Positions 22,277 to 31,933 of a DNA stretch of 64,000 nt are shown here, piece after piece (the stretch's first letter is position 1; every line of letters starts with the position of its first letter). The notes beneath the pieces are model-generated. The model saw nothing but the letters and a program-made list of their open reading frames with translations, did no database searches and was not told the origin of the DNA. This stretch comes from an uncultured Planctomycetaceae bacterium (GTDB lineage Bacteria > Planctomycetota > Planctomycetia > Planctomycetales > Planctomycetaceae), in contig CAWFAK010000005.1 of assembly GCA_963813715.1 (NCBI GenBank), forward strand, positions 544,001 through 608,000, written 5' to 3'. Position numbers and translations under genes: made by a program.

Positions 22277-23017
22277 TCAGTGGGCTTGCGATTCCACTTC
22301 GAGAGGCCCGGACTCGCGAGCACTTTCTGCCTCTGACCACGACGAAGCTTCGCTCAGGCCCTCGACGGCGGCGGCGATTTGTGAAACCAACTCATCGGCT
22401 CGAGATGCAGGCGCTCCGCTGAACTTGGCCAGGTGAATCATCGTGACCAGCTCTCGGACCCAGGCCAGCGTGCCGAGCAGGTCGTCCAGGAGCCGTTCCC
22501 GCAGTTCGTGCAAGCGGCGAATGTTGGCAGCCCGCGCGTGATCGCTCCGCAGCCGTCGATCGGTGGGCGGGGACGACGTGGCCGCGGTCTCGGGCGTCAA
22601 CGGATAATCGTTCGCTCCACTGGAATCAGCCAGCAAGGCGTCGAGCTGGCGAATCCGCTCGGCCTGAGACCGCCAGGCCGAACGTAGCTCCTGAAGTCGG
22701 CGGCCTTCGTCCGCTAGGGCTTCTTCGGCCCAGCCGTCAAGACTCCCCAAGGCCGCATCGAGCTCCGATTCGACCTGTTCGATGGCCCGAGCGAGCGAAT
22801 CGATCGCCGCGATGGGCCGCGACTCTGCCCGACTGGTCGCGAGGGAGTCGGAGGGCCGCTCGAGCAGCAACGGCAAATAGAGCGGCCAGAAGAACGTGCA
22901 ACTCGCTACTCGAAAGGCCTGCTCCCGGCCAGTCCGCCGTTCGTCGTGCAGGTAGAGCGCGACGGCGACGCACGAGCCGATGAGCAGATAGAAAACAATC
23001 GACGTTGCGAAGCTCAT
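22277..23017 (-). CDS. Membrane-anchored coiled-coil protein, last gene of the PspA operon
   Basis: Two N-terminal TMs ending FWPLYLPLLL, then long amphipathic helices. Confidence 0.75.
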   Translation of the reverse strand: MSFATSIVFYLLIGSCVAVALYLHDERRTGREQAFRVASCTFFWPLYLPLLLERPSDSLATSRAESRPIAAIDSLARAIEQVESELDAALGSLDGWAEEALADEGRRLQELRSAWRSQAERIRQLDALLADSSGANDYPLTPETAATSSPPTDRRLRSDHARAANIRRLHELRERLLDDLLGTLAWVRELVTMIHLAKFSGAPASRADELVSQIAAAVEGLSEASSWSEAESARESGPLEVESQAH

Positions 23018-23063
23018 AAGTCGCCTCGATCGAATCGCCGGTTTCTGCGCCGAGCCAAGAATC

Positions 23064-23723
23064 TCACTCGTGGGGAGTCTCGCGTTCGGCCCGAAGCGCC
23101 TGCAACTCGCGTTCGACGTCATCCTCGAGCGGAATGTCGGACGACGGATCGACGCGCAGCTCGGCCAGAGCGGCCGCGTGGGCTTCCGCCTCGTCAACGC
23201 GCCGCGACAATTCGTCGAAGGCGTCGAATGCCGCCCGATCGAATGTGACAGTGCCCAAGGACTTCGCGAACTCTCGCTGGGCCTCGGCCGAGCTTTGGCG
23301 GGCGATCAACACGCCCATCTCCCCTTTGGCCGCCGCGAGCCGCGTCCGCAGCTGTTCGAGCTGCAGTCGCAGACGGCTGTTCGACTGCTGGCAGCGGGCC
23401 AGTTGCGGAGCGAGGGCCGAGGCCATTCGTTCCAACTCGAAGCGGCGGGCCAGCGCGCTTTGCGCTGCCGTTTCCTCGCCCCGCTTGACCGCGGCTTGTG
23501 CCTGGGCCTGCCAGCTGTCCGCCTTGGACCGGATGTCGGCGAGCCGACGTTCGAGCTGTTTTTCGCCGGCGATCGCCCGCGCGGTCGATTCCAGCGCTTT
23601 TTCCAGCGTTGCTTCCATCTCGCGAATAGTCTGCTTGAGCACCCGTTCGGGATTCTCGAAGCATTCCACGACTTCGTGCAGCTGCGCGGTAATAACAGTG
23701 TTGACGCGTTTGAGCAGTTTCAT
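23064..23723 (-). CDS. pspA: PspA/IM30 family protein
   Basis: MKLLKRVNTVITAQLHEVVECFENPERVLKQTIREME; coiled coil; C-terminal DDVERELQALR. Confidence 0.88.
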   Translation of the reverse strand: MKLLKRVNTVITAQLHEVVECFENPERVLKQTIREMEATLEKALESTARAIAGEKQLERRLADIRSKADSWQAQAQAAVKRGEETAAQSALARRFELERMASALAPQLARCQQSNSRLRLQLEQLRTRLAAAKGEMGVLIARQSSAEAQREFAKSLGTVTFDRAAFDAFDELSRRVDEAEAHAAALAELRVDPSSDIPLEDDVERELQALRAERETPHE

Positions 23724-23766
23724 CGAGCCTCTCCTGTTTGTTGGCCGGTCGGTAGATTGGTGCGAG

Positions 23767-24600
23767 TTATGAACCCAGGCTCCGCCAGACGGTGACGATC
23801 ATCAGCGGCGCGATGGCCAGATAACAGCCGCACCAGGAGAGGATCAATCGCCTCAGGAAGCAGGCCCGCTGTTGTTGGAATTCGGGGGGCATCGTGTGGC
23901 AGAGAGCGACGAACCCGACGAAGAGCGATCGCGTGCCCCACAGGCCACCGATAAAGGGGAGGCAGAGCCCCAATAGCAGGATTGACGCCATGAACTGCTG
24001 CGAGACCGGCAGCACGATCGCCCCCAGCGCCAGGGCCAGGTAAATCGGCAAGATGCCGATCAAGGCGACGGCAGCGACGGCCGTTCCCTTGAGCGAATGG
24101 ACAACCACGTCCGACATCGTCATTCGCAGGCCCGACAACAGGCCGTAGAAATAGAGACTCGGCAGGCAGATGCCCGAGGCGGCGATCAAGCCAAAGCTAT
24201 AAGCGATCACCAGTCGAGCGGCCCGTCCGACCAACTGTCCTTTTTCCTGGCCCACCGCGTCGAACGTCACGAAACGCGGATCGCGCCCGCTCAGCCATTC
24301 GACGGGCACTGCCAGCCGCGGCCATTCTCGGGCAGCAAAGAAGGTCAGCGACATGGCCAGGCCGTAGAGCGCGAACGAAACGAGGGCGATTGCCAAGAGT
24401 CGCGAGGCCAGCTCCACCTTGCGCTCCGTGAGTTGCGCGAATCGATCCAGACGTCGGCGATCTTTGAGGATCATTTCGATGATCGGGGCGATCCCGAATT
24501 GCATTTCGCCCGTTGCCGCAGGGATCGCCGGTGCCGCGTACGCAAGTTCGCAAGGTTGTGACATCGCCAGGTTCTCCAAAAACTGTTGCGCGCCGTTCAT
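23767..24600 (-). CDS. Multi-pass membrane protein (Yip1-like), paralogue of the upstream gene
   Basis: About 5 TMs; LYGLAM and ICLPSLYFYGLLSG motifs. Confidence 0.75.
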   Translation of the reverse strand: MNGAQQFLENLAMSQPCELAYAAPAIPAATGEMQFGIAPIIEMILKDRRRLDRFAQLTERKVELASRLLAIALVSFALYGLAMSLTFFAAREWPRLAVPVEWLSGRDPRFVTFDAVGQEKGQLVGRAARLVIAYSFGLIAASGICLPSLYFYGLLSGLRMTMSDVVVHSLKGTAVAAVALIGILPIYLALALGAIVLPVSQQFMASILLLGLCLPFIGGLWGTRSLFVGFVALCHTMPPEFQQQRACFLRRLILSWCGCYLAIAPLMIVTVWRSLGS

Positions 24601-24632
24601 GCGGACGCTCCGTTTGGAATTCCGTCAATGAC

Positions 24633-25229
24633 CTAGACGGTCGGGAACTGGAACAGGCCGAGATGGAAGAAGAGCTCGCTGCCGATTGCCGCCACGAGCA
24701 CGAGCCACCAGGCGGGAAACATTTCCCGCGCGGGATCGAGTCGTCGCATCACGCGGCGAAAGACATCGGTCATCGCCACGCCGACTCCAGCAAACACAAC
24801 TAGATTCACCAAGAGTGCAAAACCTGAGTGGGGAATCGCGGTCAGAAGGAACCAGTTGATGGGGATCGAAGCGACCATCGCCAGGCCGCCCCAACTTACG
24901 GTCACCAGAGCCGCCAGCACGGTGCTGCTGAACGAAAGTTGCGAGCCCGACAGGCTGTTGAGGATGTAGAGGGCGGGCAGAGCCACCGCCCAGGCGGTCC
25001 CCGCCGCGAAGGTGCAAATCAGGCCTTTTTGCAGAACGTCCGGAACTCCTCCGAGCAGGCCCATGGTCATGCCGTAAGTTGTTGTGCCAAAGATGGCCGT
25101 CCCCAACAGAGCCCCCCAGACCCATGGGCTGTAATGGGCGGCGCCGCACTGCCAGCGCTGGGCAAATTCTTCTGGTTCGCGGAGGGCCGCCCCGACATGA
25201 GCCAGCCCGGTTTGCAGTTCTGCTCGCAT
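24633..25229 (-). CDS. Five-TM membrane protein (Yip1-like), first gene of the PspA operon
   Basis: AGGAG before ATG 25229; TYGMTMG and VALPALYILNSLSG motifs. Confidence 0.75.
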   Translation of the reverse strand: MRAELQTGLAHVGAALREPEEFAQRWQCGAAHYSPWVWGALLGTAIFGTTTYGMTMGLLGGVPDVLQKGLICTFAAGTAWAVALPALYILNSLSGSQLSFSSTVLAALVTVSWGGLAMVASIPINWFLLTAIPHSGFALLVNLVVFAGVGVAMTDVFRRVMRRLDPAREMFPAWWLVLVAAIGSELFFHLGLFQFPTV

Positions 25230-25528
25230 CACTTGCTCCTCGCCGACTGATGGTTCTCGACCCGTCAGTGGGAACCGCAGTCTGTGACGATCTTTAACTG
25301 CAGGCATCTGGGCTATTTCGCAGAATCTGGTCGCGCTGGCTGCCGATGTTGATTCATCTGGCATCGCCCCGGGGAGAGTTCGGGGCAATCCCGGAATTCA
25401 TGTGGGCTGCGGTCTTGTCTCCGCTGCTCAAGGGGCGCATGATTTGCGGACCGGGGCCAACGCCCATGTGCGCGATCGGTCGGATCGCGTATCGACTGCT
25501 TCGTCCAGCGGGCAGAGAGGTAAGCGTG

Positions 25529-26908
25529 ATGCGCAGCTTCGCGACATTTCGAGCCGCCTACGCGGCAATTGCAGGTCTTGGCCTTCTCCTGTGCGCCGCG
25601 CTTTTGCTGAGTGGATGTGAGCAGCAGTCCACTGCCGGAGCAGGCGCCGGTGCGCCGCCGGTGACGGTCGCCTATCCCATCGAGAAGGAAGTCACCAACT
25701 ACGAAGACTACACTGGCCGCACGGCGGCCATCGAGTCGGTGCAGGTCACAGCCCGCGTCACCGGGTACTTGGACAAGATTTATTTTCTCGAAGGGGCCGA
25801 GGTCAAAGTGGGGACCGTCCTCTACGAGATCGACCCGCGGCCTTATCAGGCGGCGTTTGACCAGGCGAAAGCTCAGGCTGCGCAAAGTCAAGCGGCCCTC
25901 GACCTGGCCAAAGCGAATCGAGTGCGATACGAGGAGCTCTACCAAAAGAAAGTAGCGACGGCGCAGGACGTCGAAACCTACCGCTCGACGGAGGCGCAAG
26001 CCGCCGCAACGCTGGCGGCCTCGCAAGCCAATTTGGAGACGGCCCGCCTCAATCTCGGGTGGACGAAGGTGACTGCGCCGGTCGCCGGGCAGCTGGGTCA
26101 TACGCTGGTCTCCCGCGGCAACCTGGTGACGGCCGATCAGACCCCGCTGACCACGATGGTCTCGCTCGATCCGATGTACGTCTATTTCGACGTCGACGAG
26201 GCGACCGTCGAACGGATTCAGCAGCTCATCCGCGAAGGCAAGTTCAAATCGTCCTTGCCGCAGGAGACTGGCACCCCCGGTTCCAAAGGGCCTCAGGAGC
26301 CCGGGGCCGGCCCTGTCGTGAGTGCGGCGGTCCAAAAGAGCGGTCCGCTGGCGATCGCCATCGACGAGTTGACCCAGCATGCGGACCAGTTGCGGCAGGT
26401 CTACCTGGGGCTGGCGAACGAAGCGAACTATCCGCACGTCGCCTACATCGATTTCGTCAACAATCAGCTCAACCTGGCGACGGCAACTTTGCAGGTGCGG
26501 GCCATCTATTGGAACCATAAGCCGCCCATCGGCCCGCGAGTCTTCAATGCGGGAATGTTCGTCCGCGTGCGCGTGCCGACGAGCCCCACCTTCCAAGGTC
26601 TGCTCGTCAGCCAAGAAGCGATCCAGACCAATCAGAACCTGAAATACGTCGACGTCATAAACGATCAGGACGAGGTCGCTCGCCGCGATGTGACGCTCGG
26701 AGGCATCCAGGACGGACTGCAAGTGATCGCAAAGGGCTTAGCATCCAAAGAGCGCGTCGTGATCAGCGGCATGCAACATGTGAAGCCGGGGGGCAAGGTG
26801 ACGCCGAAATTGATCCCAATGCCCGTCATGGCGGAAACGGCACAGTCCCCGACCTCTTCTCCGCAAGTGAAGGCCCAAGAGGCGACCTCGAAGTCCGGGC
26901 AAGAATAG
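25529..26908 (+). CDS. RND efflux periplasmic adaptor (MFP), lipoprotein
   Basis: LLLSGC lipobox; VTARVTGYL; LYEIDPRPYQA; TAPVAG; DPMYVYFDV. Confidence 0.95.
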   Translation: MRSFATFRAAYAAIAGLGLLLCAALLLSGCEQQSTAGAGAGAPPVTVAYPIEKEVTNYEDYTGRTAAIESVQVTARVTGYLDKIYFLEGAEVKVGTVLYEIDPRPYQAAFDQAKAQAAQSQAALDLAKANRVRYEELYQKKVATAQDVETYRSTEAQAAATLAASQANLETARLNLGWTKVTAPVAGQLGHTLVSRGNLVTADQTPLTTMVSLDPMYVYFDVDEATVERIQQLIREGKFKSSLPQETGTPGSKGPQEPGAGPVVSAAVQKSGPLAIAIDELTQHADQLRQVYLGLANEANYPHVAYIDFVNNQLNLATATLQVRAIYWNHKPPIGPRVFNAGMFVRVRVPTSPTFQGLLVSQEAIQTNQNLKYVDVINDQDEVARRDVTLGGIQDGLQVIAKGLASKERVVISGMQHVKPGGKVTPKLIPMPVMAETAQSPTSSPQVKAQEATSKSGQE

Positions 26909-26921
26909 GACAGCCACACCG

Positions 26922-29900
26922 ATGTTTGCCCGTTTCTTCATCGATCGGCCCATCTTCGCCTGGGTGCTCTCGCTGGTCATCATCCTGGTCGGCGGCGTGG
27001 CGGCGTTCACGCTGCCGGTCGACATGTACCCCCCGATCACGCCGCCCACGGTGCAAGTCACCTGCGCCTATCCCGGCGCAAATGCCCAGGTCGTTGCCGA
27101 CACGATCGCGGCGCCACTGGAGCAGCAGGTCAACGGCGTCGAAGGCATGATCTACATGTCGTCGCAGTCGACGAACGACGGCTCTTATGTGCTGACCGTC
27201 ACATTCGAGATCGGCACCGACGTCAACATGGCGCAGGTCCTCGTGCAAAATCGCGTCGCGCTGGCCACGCCCCAGTTGCCGGCCCAGGTGCAGCTCCAGG
27301 GAATCAATGTCCTCAAGACCTCGCCCAATATTTTGTTCGGCATCAACCTCGTCTCGCCCGATCGCCGTTACGACGCTCTGTTCCTCAGCAACTTCGCCAC
27401 CATTCAAATTCAGAACGAGCTGGCCCGCATCAAGGGGGTGGGACAGATCAAGATCGTCGGGATCGGCAATTACAGCATGCGGATCTGGGTCGACCCGTAC
27501 AAACTGGCCAGCCGCAGCCTCACCGCCGTCGACGTCGTCAATGCCGTGACGAATCAGAACGTGCAAGTGGCGGCGGGCAACGTCGGGCAGCAGCCCGTTC
27601 CCAAAGGGCAGATCTTTCAGCTTCCCATGGATGCCTTGGGGCGGCTCGACACGGAGAGGCAGTTCGGAGACATCATCCTCAAAGCAGGCCAGGCCACCGT
27701 CAACGGAAATCCCTCGAGCCCGATCGTCCACGTGCGCGACGTCGCCAAAGTTGAAATGGGGGCCCAGAGCTACGACCAGTTCTGCCGTCTGGATGGCGAG
27801 CCGTCCTGCATCATTGCTGTGTTTCAACTCCCTGGTTCCAACGCCCTCGACGTTGCGAAGCTCGTCAAAGCGCGAATGGAGGACCTCAAGGCGCGGTTTC
27901 CGCCGGGGCTCGATTACCGAATTGTCTACGACACGACCCCCTTCATCACGCAGTCGATCGACGAAGTTATTCACACGTTGATCGAGGCGATCTTCCTCGT
28001 GGCCCTCGTCGTCCTGTTCTTCCTGCAGGACTGGAAGGCCATGATCCTGCCGATGATCGATGTCCCGGTGTCGCTCGTTGGCACGTTTGCCGTTCTGGCC
28101 GTGCTCGGTTTCAGCCTGAATAACCTCACGCTGTTTGGCCTGGTGCTCGCGATCGGGATCGTCGTCGATGATGCGATCGTCGTTTTGGAGAACATCGAGC
28201 GGCTGATCGGCACAGGCTTGGACGCGCGGACCGCCACCATCCAGGCGATGGACGAGCTGACCGGGCCGATCATCGCCATCACGCTCGTCTTGGCCTCGGT
28301 CTTCATCCCGAGCATTTTCATTCCCGGGCTCACGGGGCAGTTTTATCGGCAGTTCGCAGTCACCATCGCCACGGCGGTGATCATTTCGGCGCTCAACGCG
28401 CTCACGTTGACGCCCTCGCGGGCCGTTTTCATCTTCCGCACGGAAGAAACCGACGCGCATGGCGAGCCCAAAAAAGAGGCCCTGCCGTGGTGGATTTTCG
28501 GCGTGATCGGCGGGTACGTGACGTATTCGCTCGCCCCGAGTTTCGCCGGACTGGGGTTGGCTGTTCCCGGGAGCGAAGGGCAAAGCTGGCCTGTCTGGTT
28601 GGGCCTGATCGCGGCCTGGTTCCTCCCCGGAGCGATTGTCGGGGGCGTAATCGGCTGGTTCATCATTCGGCCGGTCAACGCTATGCTCGGCGCGATTTTT
28701 CGCGCGTTCAATCGCGTGTTTGACCACGTGACCGCGGTTTACGGCTGGATCGTCGGCCGACTCATGCGGGGCGCGGTCATCGTGGGAATCGTCTACGCCG
28801 GTCTGCTCTTCGCAACCTGGTGGAGCGTGGCCTACGCGCCCAAGGGTTTCGTTCCCACGCAGGACCAGGGGTACCTGCTGGTCAATGTGCAGCTCCCCGA
28901 TTCGGCTTCGGTGCAGCGGACCGAAGTCGTCATGGACAAGATCTCTAAGATTGCCAGAGAAATTCCCGGCGTGGCCCACACCGTCTCGATCTCGGGCACG
29001 TCATTCCTCTTGTCAACGAACGGGTCGAACCTGGGCTCGATGTTCGTGGTCTTGAAACCCTTTGATCAGAGAAAAAGCCACGCGGAGTACGACGAAACCG
29101 TCGCCCAAGAGATTCAAAGGCGTTGCGCAGGAGGTCGAGGGAGGAATCGTGCTCGCCTTCCGCGCGCCCCCCGTTCGCGGACTGGGCAATGCCGGCGGCT
29201 TTCAGTTTCAGACCGAGCAGTACGGCTATTTCGATCTGCCTGAGCTGCAGAAGGAGACCGACGCGCTCGTGCAGCGGCTCAACAGCGATCCGCGATTTGC
29301 CGGGGCGTTCACGGTGTTTCGTTCCGCCACTCCCAGCCTGTTCGTCGACATCAACCGCACCAAGGTCGAGGCGCTGCAAATCCCCATCCAGGACGTCTTC
29401 ACGACGCTCAACGTCTACATGGGGGGGCTCTACGTCAACCAATTCGATCAGTTCGGGTTGGTCTGGCAGGTCCAGGTCGAGGCGGCCCCGGAATTTCGCA
29501 CGACGGCCGACATGCTCAAACAGTTTCAGGTGCGAACGAGCCAGGCGCAGATGGTGCCGATGGGCTCGATCGCCGCGATTCGCAATTCCACCGCGCCCCT
29601 GTTGGTGATGCGCTACAACATGTATGCATCGGCTTCGGTGAATGGGAACTCCGCCCCCGGAGTCAGCTCGGGGACGATCGTCGACGCCGTCACCCAGATC
29701 GCCAAAGAGATGGGCATCCCCTTCGAGTGGACGCAAACGACCTATCTCGAGGTGCAGGCCGGGAACGTCGCGCTTTTGATCTTTGCCCTCGGCACGCTGC
29801 TCGTCTACTTCGTGCTCGCCGCGAAATACGAAAGCTGGAACCTCCCGTTGGCGGTGATTCTCGTCGTCCCCTTGTGCATGCTCGCCGCGGTAACTGGGAT

Positions 29901-30303
29901 GGTGATCGCTAAGCTGCCGATCGACATCTTCGTCCAGATCGGCTTGTTGGTGCTGGTCGGCTTGGCGAGCAAGAACGCAATTCTGATCGTCGAATACGGC
30001 CGCGATCAAAGGCTCCAGGGAAAGGAGCTGCACGAGGCCGCCTTGACGGCGAGCAAAATCCGCTTCCGGCCGATCATCATGACGTCGTTCGCCTTTATCT
30101 TCGGCGTGATGCCACTGGTCTTGGCCACGGGCGCCGGGGCCGAAATGCGTCAATCGCTGGGCACGGCGGTCTTCAGCGGCATGATCGGCGTGACCCTCTT
30201 CGGTATCTTCCTCACACCGGTGTTCTTCTTCGCGCTATCGTGGCTGGCGGACCGCCGGCACGCGAAAGCCAGCGCGGCCCCGGAAGCACCGAAGACGACG
30301 TGA
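26922..30303 (+). CDS. HAE1-type RND efflux permease, frameshift near 29125
   Basis: FFIDRPIFAWV; IGIVVDDAIVVLENI; GLASKNAILIVE; RFRPIIMTSFAFIFG. Confidence 0.96.
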
Positions 30304-30355
30304 CGCGCTGCGGCACGGACAAGCGGGCAACGGGTCTTGCGACCTGCAGTCGCGC

Positions 30356-30838
30356 CTAAGGCGCCAGTATGTGCCGGCCGCCGGCGAATTGCTTGTGGCA
30401 GGCGTTGCAGCTCGTGAGCATTTGCTCGTAAGTCTTGCGGCTGGCCGCGAAATCCCTTTGACGTGCCGACTTGTAGAGCTGGCTGGCAGCGTCGCGAACG
30501 GCCGCGCTCGTTTCGCTCCACTTCCCGGGATCTTTGGGGGGCGTGTGCAGGAGCAACAGATTGCTCGTCTCGGCGAGAATCAGTGAATCGGACTTGATCG
30601 CCTTCCAAGCGGGCTCCGACGCGTGCGACGGGTCCATCGCCGGCTTCAGCCGCCGGAAAGTCGGCTGGAAGACGTACTCCATGAACTCGTGCATGTTGGT
30701 TTCCACCGGCACAACCTTGGCCCCCGCCGCAGAGTCGTCCGCCCGAACACGTTGCGGCGCCATGATCCACGAACCGGCCAGCAGCGTTACCAATAAAGCT
30801 GCCGACAGGGCAAAGCAAAAGGTGGGTGCGCGATGCAC
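30356..30838 (-). CDS. Exported class II-like cytochrome c
   Basis: GGAGG plus GTG start; signal peptide; helical body; C-terminal CNACH haem motif. Confidence 0.85.
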   Translation of the reverse strand: MHRAPTFCFALSAALLVTLLAGSWIMAPQRVRADDSAAGAKVVPVETNMHEFMEYVFQPTFRRLKPAMDPSHASEPAWKAIKSDSLILAETSNLLLLHTPPKDPGKWSETSAAVRDAASQLYKSARQRDFAASRKTYEQMLTSCNACHKQFAGGRHILAP

Positions 30839-31079
30839 AGTTTGTTCCTCCGACGTTGTCGATCGTTGATTTAATCGTTGGCAGAAGCGGCAGGGCCGGC
30901 GTGAACGCGGCGCGAGAGCGCGGCGAGCGCTCCGATCGTAATGTCGTCGTGACCCTTTTGCCACGACGGCCCGGCTCGGCACACTCGCGGCGGGGATTGC
31001 GGTTGGTCCAGCGCTTTGGCACGATCACGGGCTTCCGCGGAGCACGACAAAAGCTCCGCGCGAAAGGGCATTTCCCACG

Positions 31080-31871
31080 ATGAACGGTCTGTTCGACGAA
31101 CTCAGTCGGCACGGGGTGCTGGCGCTGATCGGCATGATCTGCGGCGGCATCCTCACCTGGTTCGGCACTCGCTGGAAACGCCACAAAGAGCGGCTGAGCA
31201 TTCTCCGCGGCGATGCCCGCGACACGATCGTGATCCAGCAGCACATCGTCACCGCGGCCGAAGTTCCCAATCCGCACGGCCCGGGGGTCAAGCGGGTGCC
31301 CAGCTTGATCCGCGTGCGGCCACTCGGGCAGTCCGAGCTTTCGCGGGTGGTTCCGAACGGGCACCTGGCTGCCGAGCTGTCACGCCGCGCATTTCGTGTC
31401 ACGGCCAAGGATACGCTCATTTCGATGGATGGCGCGGAAGGCTCGTTCCTGTTGGAGACGCTCACGAATTTCGTTTGCGATCGGGTGGCCAACGCACCCT
31501 TTGAGCACGATCTCTACGCTATGGCTCCCTGTTGCGAACCGGCCGGCATGGCAGTGCATCAACCGATCACCATTCTGTTGATCCCGGTTTCCAGCCTGGC
31601 GCTCTTTGAGAACTGGGCCGATTGCCGGGATGTGCAGGTCGAGCGCGGAGCGACGGGGATGCGGATCCTGACCTTGATGGAACTTGCCCGCCGCTTTCGA
31701 ACTGAGCAGGAGCGGCTGACCGTCCTGCGGCGCGAGGGGAAGCGCACGCTCTACGAAGAGACGATCTACATCCTCGATCTGTGCTTGGACCAGCGTTCGG
31801 CGGCCGTCCCGCTCAAGAGCGTGCCTTGGGGCCGGTTCGAGGAAGTGCTGAAGAAGCTGGATCTGGAATAG
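31080..31871 (+). CDS. Hypothetical protein with an N-terminal TM
   Basis: Coding-like 263-aa ORF filling the space between neighbouring genes. Confidence 0.75.
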   Translation: MNGLFDELSRHGVLALIGMICGGILTWFGTRWKRHKERLSILRGDARDTIVIQQHIVTAAEVPNPHGPGVKRVPSLIRVRPLGQSELSRVVPNGHLAAELSRRAFRVTAKDTLISMDGAEGSFLLETLTNFVCDRVANAPFEHDLYAMAPCCEPAGMAVHQPITILLIPVSSLALFENWADCRDVQVERGATGMRILTLMELARRFRTEQERLTVLRREGKRTLYEETIYILDLCLDQRSAAVPLKSVPWGRFEEVLKKLDLE

Positions 31872-31933
31872 CGCGAACGACGCGACGTGTCCTGCTGTTG
31901 GCGCTGGTCCCCGAATCTCGAGCGAACGGTCGG

